Source: an uncultured virus (IMG/VR IMGVR_UViG_3300042731_007181) (taxonomy: Duplodnaviria > Heunggongvirae > Uroviricota > Caudoviricetes). From it: 64,000 nucleotides of DNA. Both the position numbers and the translations under genes were made by a program. Each line of letters begins with the position of its first letter. The stretch's first letter is position 1. Location of the stretch: the IMG/VR virus record IMGVR_UViG_3300042731_007181. The stretch is one strand, 5' to 3'. The notes below the pieces were generated by a model. That model did not search any database. It had not been told where the DNA came from and was given only the letters and a program-made list of their open reading frames with translations. Positions 48,501-56,526 of the stretch are shown piece after piece.

Positions 48501-49106
48501 AAGTTGGTAAGAGGTACCAATACTCGCACTAAATGTTTGATATAATGCCTGTGAAGCACTCGAAGAGGCATTGATTTCAATAAAATTAGTCCCTTCATAA
48601 GCCGGTACGCCTTGGTAATTATTTCCCCATACCTCAATAGTATTATCAGTCGCTGTTGTATTCCAATAAGGTATACACTCTTGAGGATAGAAGGTATATT
48701 GACCGTTACTCGTTCTTGAACAAAAAGTCCCGTCAACCGTTGAACCTGTCGTACCATTACAAGGTGATGCACAGGTTCCTAAGTCATTTTGGAATATATC
48801 AAACGAGGGGTTTCTCAATAAACCACAAACATCATTTACTGCAATTATTTTACCGTTGTTAGCTGAGAAACTACCATCTACAGTATAAATCTTATTTCTT
48901 AATGTAGATACATCATCAATTGCAACATAATAATTAACACCACCACTACTAATACTCGAACTACAAGTTGTATTACCATGAACAGTATCATTAACAGCAG
49001 GAACTGAACCCGTAATATTAAAGGAACCATTGACGACCAACCCACCACCATTTTCCACAGTAGACTGAGTTGTACTCCACCTAAAACTATACGTCTGACA
49101 AGCCAT
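42519..49106 (-). CDS. 2195-aa adhesin-like protein (galactose-binding-like, vWA-like, SprB repeats, PT linkers)
   Basis: 'NPSF..IEVW..AYEGTNFIEIN..LYQTF..YQLQFAHRGR' is lectin-like; 'VYVFYDGTS..IVINVIDESD' is vWA-like; multiple G..PYTY.W..G.Y.V.VTD.NGC SprB repeats. Confidence 0.75.
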   Translation of the reverse strand: MACQTYSFRWSTTQSTVENGGGLVVNGSFNITGSVPAVNDTVHGNTTCSSSISSGGVNYYVAIDDVSTLRNKIYTVDGSFSANNGKIIAVNDVCGLLRNPSFDIFQNDLGTCASPCNGTTGSTVDGTFCSRTSNGQYTFYPQECIPYWNTTATDNTIEVWGNNYQGVPAYEGTNFIEINASSSASQALYQTFSASIGTSYQLQFAHRGRNGFLNTMQVGLSGSTGTNFFPIEYTGSTTQWNLHAYGFTASESEYNLIFSATSSQNGGNFLDAIDIVCSSEFITPSPTPSGVPASQTPTPTPPNTPPVTPTISLTTTPTVSPLPLYLSGCTGGTVYQVIRSSWMASTTGTVFISGDTNIPDGCYTFIAETSHVGPYSFNGTAITLEGGCSDPLCPTECDCKYISVQISQTDLDAASGNSNPDDNGRVTLVYTGCGGSQLVKHYTAEGNYDDDVCALLSTIPNSLLYYKQEDAIVSSRINSSYSTGNCCSVVPITQTPTPTVTPTISDTPTPTPSYTPTFTPSVTPTITPSTTPAGSVETWLLEDCCDSSETIILDVNVPGPPNVYVFYDGTSLNASSASGASESIRSWYDTNSSELGNLYEGIVGDNQHNGENWLWWMSYPYLGSLTGGTLSDSTLVGEYSALNSGIEHSIYDSKWCKANDGGKCVPNHTEFRDSLIDTTEIYRRINRGQNLATGLNDTRSQGVPFDHSNLNETDQSGPGTFAGGDTNYIVINVIDESDGLVGFYHGDFIDNATLLSHPFNLEGNGWTISTPTNLTTDRVEYDYQQYLKVWEDIKLQNGRVNSLVYPVVDDNVARKGFVPHSVGIVEGETISASEYQNKYGEPIDDVGPESLNLSGLTSINVFSAFTATTAYSNLRPSYQNGPGLKNFGVVVDPSVTGFTETFVAERLDAFLTSTDLSQGYGYTYNGSCYTFTQETTGTAVATVDFSALTENICDTAPCICESPTPTPTVTPTYTPTYTPTYTSTITPTYTVTVSPSDTPGTSDTPTPTPSITPTFTPTYTVTVSPSDTPGNSSTPTPTISDTPSVTPSITPSTSGGEGNCVQGVTDGTYYYTDCCGFYRSGQSVGEIITLDTTQSYLGISVNGTPATQDCNEGDLDYNFSVTGTCDGANSGVITIAPFAGVPPYTIDNILPGTLAGGTSNEPFTWTGLSAGTYTFRLNDSLGDANNELYINVNVDGCLNVTIDDYSGTTCGAETGYISVSGDSTSLPYLIDLYKDGLVYSNLSSPNNPTIFTNLPNGEYYAYVEDFGGATGQTQTVTISGVSSLDFGLAVTGTSACGVSVGSIQVTGLTGSSPYTYLWSNGATGDTISNLSGGTYSVTVTDSNNCELTKSATITTSQNLAILSHTTTPTSCLSEDGQVTVYISGGTAPYTYLGQNGSSGVTSDTSFTFTGCASGNYEFTITDSGLCTITDDVNIGDLGGITSVTTRLDYVNCGTLGNVTITVVGDGGPYTYSYTGQTSGGTSSVTTRNTQQQFTNLVSDVYDFTVEGSNGCCYTGQFTVSATPKFGLTIETTGDTCNGGSGVVSIVPSSGYTLPLDYILSDGQSIIDTPLTAYTFYNVSEGGYTVQVVDGAGCSVTETINITGSTGVSVVITVTPATYETPAVLSATTLSGVAPFTYLWNDGSTGSTVTASTVGDYSVRVTDSNGCQDTAEYGVEESKGVVEGFNLVEVCSDTFITTMGKEGFEEILNSGYLTLVANISGTGCTLNEVVFNYDISYNGQHASGSFYTGNTMTDVPSDFLWASIIEEVVSNFVGVTDVTVNPLENLISITTDGGTDEVVSIDLNLDFDVDCAELPVTPTPTPSVTPTLTPTITITPSDTPGPTPDITATPIITTPTNTPTSSGLDCDLIVVGSFSSLDCDLVVVGSFTSLGCDLVVDGSFSTLDCDLVVDGSFGPSLPTPTPTVSVTPTNTPTVTMTNTVSVTQTPTNTPTFTSTPANTPTQTITPTYTPTFTPTPTNTPTLTQTPTPSPVFSEAAATNGQFSIYVEDYDTEEIVQPIVIDVSSGYSAPAGTYYYRYYPIPEGEKRNVYIQQHSGTLIPYATFVIYNQDGNVVTDSPNNTGQPFGSGLYGITAFNTGWGNTASGFIDNKLGTDVTPLLNHPNEMVQTALNTDSEKFIIGRPTSPPLLASNVYKGKTTRLWINESGAGGAIGVNLVSLPNGLTPPTTLAELQTPYNP
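43371..43523 (-). repeat. 4 x 39-bp (13-aa) repeat L[D/G]CDL[I/V]V[V/D]GSF
   Basis: Seen directly in both protein and DNA. Confidence 0.85.
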
Positions 49107-52045
49107 TAGCCACAGTTAATTGTTATGTTTATACCCACATTCAAGGTGATTGTCTTATCGGTAAAATCAGGATTACATCCCGTATTACTAAAAGTGATTG
49201 TGTTACCATTAATAGAGTAACTCAAACCTTCTTGATATAAATACTGGAAGTGGGCAATTGCCGCGTTCAACCAATCTGTGTTTGTAGGTGCATCACTACC
49301 CCCATATCCTGTGTAGAATTTCTCCTGTACCAAAATATCTGAGTCCAATCTCAAATCTATATACCATTCACTAATAACACTATTAATATCACATTCGAAA
49401 GTGGTGTACCCACTCGAAGAAACCACAGAATTAATCTGTTGAGATAATATCTGATTAAATGTATTACTTGGATAGAAATTACAATCAACCGTTTGGTCAG
49501 TACAATCGTAATTCCATAAAGGACCATCCGTCGTACATGGAACACAATCCACCTCGATAATCTCACAACCTCTTTGAACCCTATATACGTGACTCTGTCT
49601 GTGGAATACCGCATTTTCCATTCTCTGACCACCATTCCATAGTGTAGATGCCGGAATTACCTGTTCCACCAACCTCATCCAGTAATCACCAATACCATTA
49701 GTGTAGTCAATCATCTTTTGGTAAGTGTACTGATTAGAAGGTATGTTTACATCCTGTTGAGAATTTAAGTATTTCCAATACAAAGAGGCTAAAGTCAAGT
49801 AACCACCATTACTTGTCTGTCTATTACGAACATTAATCATGTTCTTGTAGAACGATTGAGCAAACTCAAAGAATGATTTGTCCTTTGGTCTCGGGTCAAT
49901 CACAGTCCAGTCAATACCACCAGGTGATGGGTATGGTGAAGTCAATCCCGTCGCAGGAATTGGGTATCCTCGGTCTCTACTCATTTGCCATACATCGTAT
50001 GTAAGACCCTGACCCATGTTCATAAACAACTCGATGTTCTTTCTATTCAATACTAATCTTTCATCTACAACGTTATAGTATGAAGTGAACTCACCAGTTC
50101 CTTTTCTAATACCAATATTCTCTTCTGTCCACGATTTCTTATTATCAATAACTGATTTGAGTTCGTACCCCAAATTCATGTTAGGGAAATTACGGAACTT
50201 ATTGAAATACTTCTCACCGTAAGTGTAAGGTTCTAATGTGGTCTGAATATTTGGATTCGAACCCGTAAAATTAGAGTTGGAAATATCAATACTTTCATTG
50301 GCTCTATGTTGTGGTGTTTGTTCAAACCAACCTGACCCCATTTCAAAGTAGTAACTATCAGTTTCTGAGACCGCCTTAGGGTATCCTTCATCATCCATTG
50401 GAAAATCACCCCTCACTTCTTGAGTAAAGGTGGTCACCGACTGAGGAGTGAAGGCAGTATATGTTTCACCCTTAATTTTGTAGGTACTATTAGGCACCAA
50501 AACAGGTAAAATATCCAATTTTGTACCACCACTAAGTTCTGCCAGCTCTTCTTCGAATTGTTGGAGGTTGATAGGACCATCAGCCATGTAAACAGTCTCA
50601 TTGAACTCAACCAGGGCTTTAGGTGCACCAATCATTCTCATCAAGAACTCCAAACCTGCTCTCGTACCCTTAGATTTATACAAATATCCTGAGTTAATGA
50701 TGAGTTTTCTGTAATATTCGTAGTCTAACTCTTGAGGTGTCTTATCTCTGGTCTGACCAGGGTATATAGACTGATTTTTTGTCCCAAATACAGAACTTAA
50801 GAAGTCGTCTTCAGTAATTGGTGAAATATTAATATCAAAACCAAGTGTCTGTGCCAAGTTTTTCAATAACACAGAAGGAATATCATCCTTTGGATTGTAA
50901 TTTACTGAGTTAATGTAAGCTAAACCATCAATAAACTTCTTAGTCTCATCAAAACTTCTACCGTAAATCTGTAGAACCTTCTCCATCTTTTGGTCACCAG
51001 TATCAAAGTCCTTAAATGCACCTGTAACCAAGAATCTACTGATAAGATTGGTCTTGTAACGGTCCATCACCTCAGAAATCTCGTTGATTCTGTTTAGATA
51101 GTTGTCGAAACTAATCGTACTAATGTCTAAGTTCCATAAACCTCTGATTGGCCAAGTGATATTCTCAACTGAAGTGTAATATCTACCTTGTTCATCCTCT
51201 CTTGGTACTTTGAATAATGCAGTATACTTCGGAGTTACCAATCTATTCAATAAGAACTTCTCTACTTCATCGAATGCATCATCAAAAATCTCTTCTGTAT
51301 AGAATTTATTAGGTCTTAAGATGATATTCTCCATTGATGATGTCGCAGAACCGAAAGGTTTACCCTGAACAACCACCTGTATTGTACCTGCAGACAGTGA
51401 AGTAGATGGTGTAAAGTCCTGAACTTTGTATTCAGTCTCACCAGTACCCACAAATAAAGAATATCTAAGGTACATTCTCGTTAGATTTCTATATGGCGAA
51501 GTCTCCATTGGACGTAGAGACATATTTCTATCGGCATTTCTACTGTAATCAATATCAAATGGATTTTTGATACGACTAACACTAATATCAAAGGTAGTTT
51601 CGTCTTCAACAGCATCATAAGATACGTTTGTCACCGTACTGGCAGTTGTATAATCAGTAAAAATCAAATCAACCTCCAACGCAGCAGGGAAGAAATTGAT
51701 GATTCTCGTAATCGAAGATGATAATCTTTTTTGTAATGAACCGTAGTAAGAGAAATTAGTAACAACCGAAACATCATAGTTTGGATATACCCCGAAATTA
51801 CGAGCCCAAATCTTTCTCGACTCTTCGAGGTTTTCCATATCCATATTCTCCAAAGTAAATGGATTGGAAAAGACACCAGTTTCGAAGGTACGATTAACCT
51901 TCTCGACAATAGCAGTAGTAAATTCAAAGTTACCCTGCGTCAGACCACCACCATCAACAAGCTGAAACCCCACCAAGTCTGGTGAGAATGTTTCTGCCCC
52001 TGAAGGGGGTGCTGGTGGGTAACGATATTTTTTCTTACTTGCCAT
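49106..52045 (-). CDS. baseplate wedge protein (P2 gpI / T4 gp7-like)
   Basis: 'LLKNLAQTLGF...YLYKSKGTRAGLEFLMRMIG' motif and position in the baseplate module. Confidence 0.65.
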   Translation of the reverse strand: MASKKKYRYPPAPPSGAETFSPDLVGFQLVDGGGLTQGNFEFTTAIVEKVNRTFETGVFSNPFTLENMDMENLEESRKIWARNFGVYPNYDVSVVTNFSYYGSLQKRLSSSITRIINFFPAALEVDLIFTDYTTASTVTNVSYDAVEDETTFDISVSRIKNPFDIDYSRNADRNMSLRPMETSPYRNLTRMYLRYSLFVGTGETEYKVQDFTPSTSLSAGTIQVVVQGKPFGSATSSMENIILRPNKFYTEEIFDDAFDEVEKFLLNRLVTPKYTALFKVPREDEQGRYYTSVENITWPIRGLWNLDISTISFDNYLNRINEISEVMDRYKTNLISRFLVTGAFKDFDTGDQKMEKVLQIYGRSFDETKKFIDGLAYINSVNYNPKDDIPSVLLKNLAQTLGFDINISPITEDDFLSSVFGTKNQSIYPGQTRDKTPQELDYEYYRKLIINSGYLYKSKGTRAGLEFLMRMIGAPKALVEFNETVYMADGPINLQQFEEELAELSGGTKLDILPVLVPNSTYKIKGETYTAFTPQSVTTFTQEVRGDFPMDDEGYPKAVSETDSYYFEMGSGWFEQTPQHRANESIDISNSNFTGSNPNIQTTLEPYTYGEKYFNKFRNFPNMNLGYELKSVIDNKKSWTEENIGIRKGTGEFTSYYNVVDERLVLNRKNIELFMNMGQGLTYDVWQMSRDRGYPIPATGLTSPYPSPGGIDWTVIDPRPKDKSFFEFAQSFYKNMINVRNRQTSNGGYLTLASLYWKYLNSQQDVNIPSNQYTYQKMIDYTNGIGDYWMRLVEQVIPASTLWNGGQRMENAVFHRQSHVYRVQRGCEIIEVDCVPCTTDGPLWNYDCTDQTVDCNFYPSNTFNQILSQQINSVVSSSGYTTFECDINSVISEWYIDLRLDSDILVQEKFYTGYGGSDAPTNTDWLNAAIAHFQYLYQEGLSYSINGNTITFSNTGCNPDFTDKTITLNVGINITINCG

Positions 52046-52950
52046 TAGTCAATTACATTATTGAAGTTCTTACTGAAATCGATATTATCACCTCTATCCT
52101 GACGAACCTCAAACAATAGGTTATTGAACTCATCTCTAATCTCAAACAAGTTGTATTGTTTGTAGATGTTATTCGATGGGTCATAAAGTGTGTAAATACC
52201 ATCCTCCATACTCTTAGTCTGATTACCGTAAAGAGCAATCGCAAGAGTATCGATGTCGTGTTCAGCCATTTCAATATCTAATGTAACTGGGTTGAAGTAT
52301 GTATTCGTGATTATGATATCCTGATTTGGTTGACCGATAAATGGTGTTGCGTTTGGTTTGTTAGATGGTGCACTTGACGGTGACAACGTACAGAATAATA
52401 AATCACTACCGTTTTCAACATAACGATAACGGATTGTCTTTTGTGAACTATTTGTAAGATTAGTAGTTACAGGCTCACAATAGAAAGACGAAGTAATAAT
52501 TCTGTAGAAGTTTGGTACCTTCGTTCCACTGTCATTTAAGTATTCCACTCTAAATCCAACCAATCCCTGAGCAACAAATTTGTTACGGAATTGTGGGTCA
52601 ACATTATTCAAATCAATGATGATACCTTTAACATTCGGTAATGCGGATAAAACACCACAATCAGTGATTGTCGTTCTCATCTCTACAGGACGAATATATA
52701 AAGTATAAATTCCCGTTTGGTTAAATTCATTGGATGGTAATCTTAAATTATACATTCCACCCAAAATTTCATTTGTATTTCCACCCGTATCGTTGTTGTG
52801 GAAATAAGGCGTCAAAATAGAAGCCGCGTCTAATTTCTTAAGTACAAAATCTTCGGTAACGTCTCTACTCGGCGTGTAATGCATGATGATTTCTACATCC
52901 TCAGGGGACATATCCGCAGGTCTTGTAATACCATAAGTTCCTAATGCCAT
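52045..52950 (-). CDS. putative virion structural protein
   Basis: Coupled within the baseplate operon; no recognisable motif. Confidence 0.6.
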   Translation of the reverse strand: MALGTYGITRPADMSPEDVEIIMHYTPSRDVTEDFVLKKLDAASILTPYFHNNDTGGNTNEILGGMYNLRLPSNEFNQTGIYTLYIRPVEMRTTITDCGVLSALPNVKGIIIDLNNVDPQFRNKFVAQGLVGFRVEYLNDSGTKVPNFYRIITSSFYCEPVTTNLTNSSQKTIRYRYVENGSDLLFCTLSPSSAPSNKPNATPFIGQPNQDIIITNTYFNPVTLDIEMAEHDIDTLAIALYGNQTKSMEDGIYTLYDPSNNIYKQYNLFEIRDEFNNLLFEVRQDRGDNIDFSKNFNNVID

Positions 52951-52953
52951 TTT

Positions 52954-54036
52954 TTAATTTTCATTAATTTTATAGAAACCATAACCATATCTTGTCAAGT
53001 CTCCTAAGTTATCAACCTCACCCAATCTTTCCAATCCTTCGAAAGCTGAGTTCTTGCCTCTGTCTATAAATACTTCACTCTGAATTTCTGGTGAAGAAAC
53101 CATGTCTAATAATACTTCTTGTTTTGTAATCGCACTAACACTTATGTCATTCGCAGTAATACCTGAAGAATTTTCAACAAATAATGTCGTCCCATCAGGA
53201 TAATCATAGTAATCAACATTATTAATTGTATAGGCAGTATAGTCCGTATCCATTTCATTAATCACACCATACAACTGACCGTTTTGGAATATCGGTACAT
53301 TTGTTGCATATCTAACAGAACCGTAACTACTCAAACTCGTCAACTTACTTTTGGTATATCCAGAAACAATAAAAGGTACTATTGTACTATTCGAAGATAT
53401 TTGAGCTTGAATATTATTTTCTGCATCACCACTAAAGATAAAGTCATAACTCAACGGTGTACCCGCCCAACTACCTCCTTGAGGGGTGAATGTAATAGTA
53501 CCATCAGGGTTAGGTATAGTTGCACCAACCATAGGTACCTCAATGGTTTTCTTAACTTCAGTAGTCCCCCATGGGTTTGTTTGTGTCATAGTAATGGTGA
53601 ACTCAGAAGCATAAGGATAAGTGTGAGACAGACTATTGGGTGATGTTTGATTTATCTTTTGTGTCGAACTACCGTCACCCCAATCAATAACATAATCAGC
53701 CAACTGTAAAAACTTTTTGAAATCTCTATCCGAAGTATTATATATTAACACCTCATACCCATTATTAGGATTACCTGAATAAACAAAGTTATTTACAACA
53801 TCTTTTTGAAGGATGTACCCATCAAAAGGTGTGTAATAACCTAAGTCATTGAATGACTGAGTAAACATCACAGGTATAGTCAACCCAGTTAGTAAAGAAC
53901 TACCATCAGTACCTCCACTCAAAATCTCTGTTAGACCCGAGTAAACACCAAAGGTATTTCCACTATAAGTTTCTTGAATTACATCGTCCTTCAAGACCTC
54001 AGGAGAAATCTTAATATATGTTCTCTGCGTTTTCAT
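52954..54036 (-). CDS. putative structural protein with PKD-like domain
   Basis: 'YVIDWGDGS...SHTY...TITMTQTN'. Confidence 0.6.
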   Translation of the reverse strand: MKTQRTYIKISPEVLKDDVIQETYSGNTFGVYSGLTEILSGGTDGSSLLTGLTIPVMFTQSFNDLGYYTPFDGYILQKDVVNNFVYSGNPNNGYEVLIYNTSDRDFKKFLQLADYVIDWGDGSSTQKINQTSPNSLSHTYPYASEFTITMTQTNPWGTTEVKKTIEVPMVGATIPNPDGTITFTPQGGSWAGTPLSYDFIFSGDAENNIQAQISSNSTIVPFIVSGYTKSKLTSLSSYGSVRYATNVPIFQNGQLYGVINEMDTDYTAYTINNVDYYDYPDGTTLFVENSSGITANDISVSAITKQEVLLDMVSSPEIQSEVFIDRGKNSAFEGLERLGEVDNLGDLTRYGYGFYKINEN

Positions 54037-54842
54037 TATGGGTTAACATATTCATAGAATTTTATTGGGTTTGTTTCTGTACCTATTCGTACACCATTTA
54101 AGTTGTACATCTCATATTCATAATTATTATAATCCAATTGTAATTTGGTATAAAAATTCTCTGCTTTATTGAAATTAAATCTATTACTAAAATTCGATTG
54201 TGGTTGAATCATCAGTCTTGTAAACTCACCTGTCTTTCCATTGAAGAATTTTACTGACATATAAAATTGGTCCAAATTGATATAATCCCTATTTCTCAGC
54301 CAGTAAATAAAGAACCCTTCTTTATCTCCCACATAATCCAATTTGTATTTTGGTATTCTGATGTCCACAACGTTGGGAACAACAGGTGTACCAATATCTG
54401 CAGAAGTTATCTCACCTTGTTGTGTTGGAATTACCACCGTAAAATATAATTTCTGTTGCTGACTATTATTGGAATCATAGAAGTCTAACTTAAAGAAACT
54501 ATTCTTAAATGAATTGGCGTAATAATGAACCTCTTTGTCATTGAATCCAGCACCACTGTAACTATTAGTCCAATCTGTAGATGTCGCCCCTGTAACATCA
54601 ATCAAAGAATTTATAAAGTAGAACTCGTAGTTTATACTCGACGCAGTTGTACCATACATCTTATGGTCGAATCGTGTAACCTCAAAGTCTTCCGTTGGAT
54701 TGATGACCTGTTCAATAACCTCCTCCTCGAAAACATCAATGGCGTCGTCGCGTCCAGCAACGTCCCACCCCTGTTCGATAGGAATTTGAATTTCCCTTTC
54801 TATACCTCTATCTGAAAATCTATACTTATTCACAGTCATCAA
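54036..54842 (-). CDS. putative structural protein
   Basis: 268-aa aromatic-rich ORF overlapping its neighbours in the operon. Confidence 0.6.
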   Translation of the reverse strand: MMTVNKYRFSDRGIEREIQIPIEQGWDVAGRDDAIDVFEEEVIEQVINPTEDFEVTRFDHKMYGTTASSINYEFYFINSLIDVTGATSTDWTNSYSGAGFNDKEVHYYANSFKNSFFKLDFYDSNNSQQQKLYFTVVIPTQQGEITSADIGTPVVPNVVDIRIPKYKLDYVGDKEGFFIYWLRNRDYINLDQFYMSVKFFNGKTGEFTRLMIQPQSNFSNRFNFNKAENFYTKLQLDYNNYEYEMYNLNGVRIGTETNPIKFYEYVNP

Positions 54843-56526
54843 TTAATGGTTGAGTTATCACACCAAGACCGTAGTTCAGTGTTCTTTGTGGCAATACTTG
54901 TAAGAAACTTATATTTTTGAATGGATAATGGGCACCATTTAAGAAAGGATAGTCAACACCCACACCCTCAGCATCTATAAACCCATAAGGATATAAGTCT
55001 CTCCATCTCCATCTCTGCTCGAAACTCGAATAAAACGCATAATCAGGGATACCTTCAACATCCTCAATGTTACCCGTTTCAACATATGGTGAAAAGTCTC
55101 TAACCTGAATGGCGTGGTGAGGATAATACAAATACCCACTCGGTAAAACGACCGTATCATCATTTAGATAATGGTTCGGATTAAAACTATATTTGTGTAA
55201 CATCGGAGATACAACATTCTCCTGCATTTCATAGTCATTCCATTCACAGAAATCACCTAAGATAATGTCCCCCTCTGAAAGGTTTCTATTGTAATAGAAG
55301 GTCTGATTATTCACCTGATAATTAGCAGTTGGGATATCATCTTTATTATTACTATTATCCTGTCTCCACCATGGGTCAACTTCTAACGATAAACAATTAA
55401 ATTCCCAACCAATATTCATAGCAGATGCCGACCTACCATAAGGCTTATTGAACCAACCCATATAACCTTTATTAATAATGGTCACAAAAAGTTCAGTAAG
55501 AGGTCTTTCTTGATTGTCTTTATATTTTGAAATATCAATCTGTTTTTCAAATGTAAAAGAAACAACCTGACTACCATTTCTGGTTGATGTTCGTTGTATA
55601 TTATTTGGTGTTAGTGCAGAATATTCTAATTTGGTGTCATTATTAAATGGGTTATTTTCAAATCCCATTTTTGCCATATTATAATCTTTAACATCCGTTA
55701 AAATCTTATGTCTTCTGACGTAATATTTTGATGTGGTTTCTTCTTTATTATTTTTACTTAAAACTCTCTTAAGTGTACCTGTAACCCCATCACCAAATGT
55801 GGTACCAGTATATCCCAAATTATAAATGGAAAAGACCTTTCCTTCACTTTTATAATCTTCATCACCTAACTCATATACTTGAAAGTAGTTCTCACCATTA
55901 TAATCAAAGGATAACTTAACATATTCACCGACAGTTAGATTGTGAGTACCACCACAATAGAAAGTAATAAGGGTCTTACCATTTACAACTCTATTTTTGA
56001 TAGCAAATGGAATACCATCACTTACGTTGAATATTGTTGTCGCACTTAACTCTTCATTCTTATAACTCATTGTTTGACCCGTATAATTGTCATGAACATA
56101 TGAAAGGTAAGCGGTCCAATTATATGTTGTTGAACTCTTTGGTATAAAATTTACATGTCCATCAATTCCACTTGTTCTGATAAAACTAAACTCATCATAT
56201 TGTGGATAACCTTGCCAAACGTTTGTTGTCACAGATTTCAGGGCGTCAGTATAATATAGAACATTTTGATATGGAGTGTAATTCGTTCTACCTGAAATGA
56301 CATTATCCATAAGGTTGGTTAGTTTACCGGTAACCCTGATTAAATTTGAACCCTGACGTTCTTTATCGAATCTTTCTGCCAGATTCAATATAACAGTACG
56401 GTCACCGTCAACCATCAACCTTTTCTGACCCTCTAACGTAACATCTAAAGAACCATCTAATGTTGGCGCACCCTTGTATTGTTTTTCACTCGGGACTATC
56501 CTTATTTGACTTGGTTCCTTACTCAT
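54826..56526 (-). CDS. putative structural protein
   Basis: 566-aa ORF, ATGA-coupled. Confidence 0.6.
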   Translation of the reverse strand: MSKEPSQIRIVPSEKQYKGAPTLDGSLDVTLEGQKRLMVDGDRTVILNLAERFDKERQGSNLIRVTGKLTNLMDNVISGRTNYTPYQNVLYYTDALKSVTTNVWQGYPQYDEFSFIRTSGIDGHVNFIPKSSTTYNWTAYLSYVHDNYTGQTMSYKNEELSATTIFNVSDGIPFAIKNRVVNGKTLITFYCGGTHNLTVGEYVKLSFDYNGENYFQVYELGDEDYKSEGKVFSIYNLGYTGTTFGDGVTGTLKRVLSKNNKEETTSKYYVRRHKILTDVKDYNMAKMGFENNPFNNDTKLEYSALTPNNIQRTSTRNGSQVVSFTFEKQIDISKYKDNQERPLTELFVTIINKGYMGWFNKPYGRSASAMNIGWEFNCLSLEVDPWWRQDNSNNKDDIPTANYQVNNQTFYYNRNLSEGDIILGDFCEWNDYEMQENVVSPMLHKYSFNPNHYLNDDTVVLPSGYLYYPHHAIQVRDFSPYVETGNIEDVEGIPDYAFYSSFEQRWRWRDLYPYGFIDAEGVGVDYPFLNGAHYPFKNISFLQVLPQRTLNYGLGVITQPLIDDCE

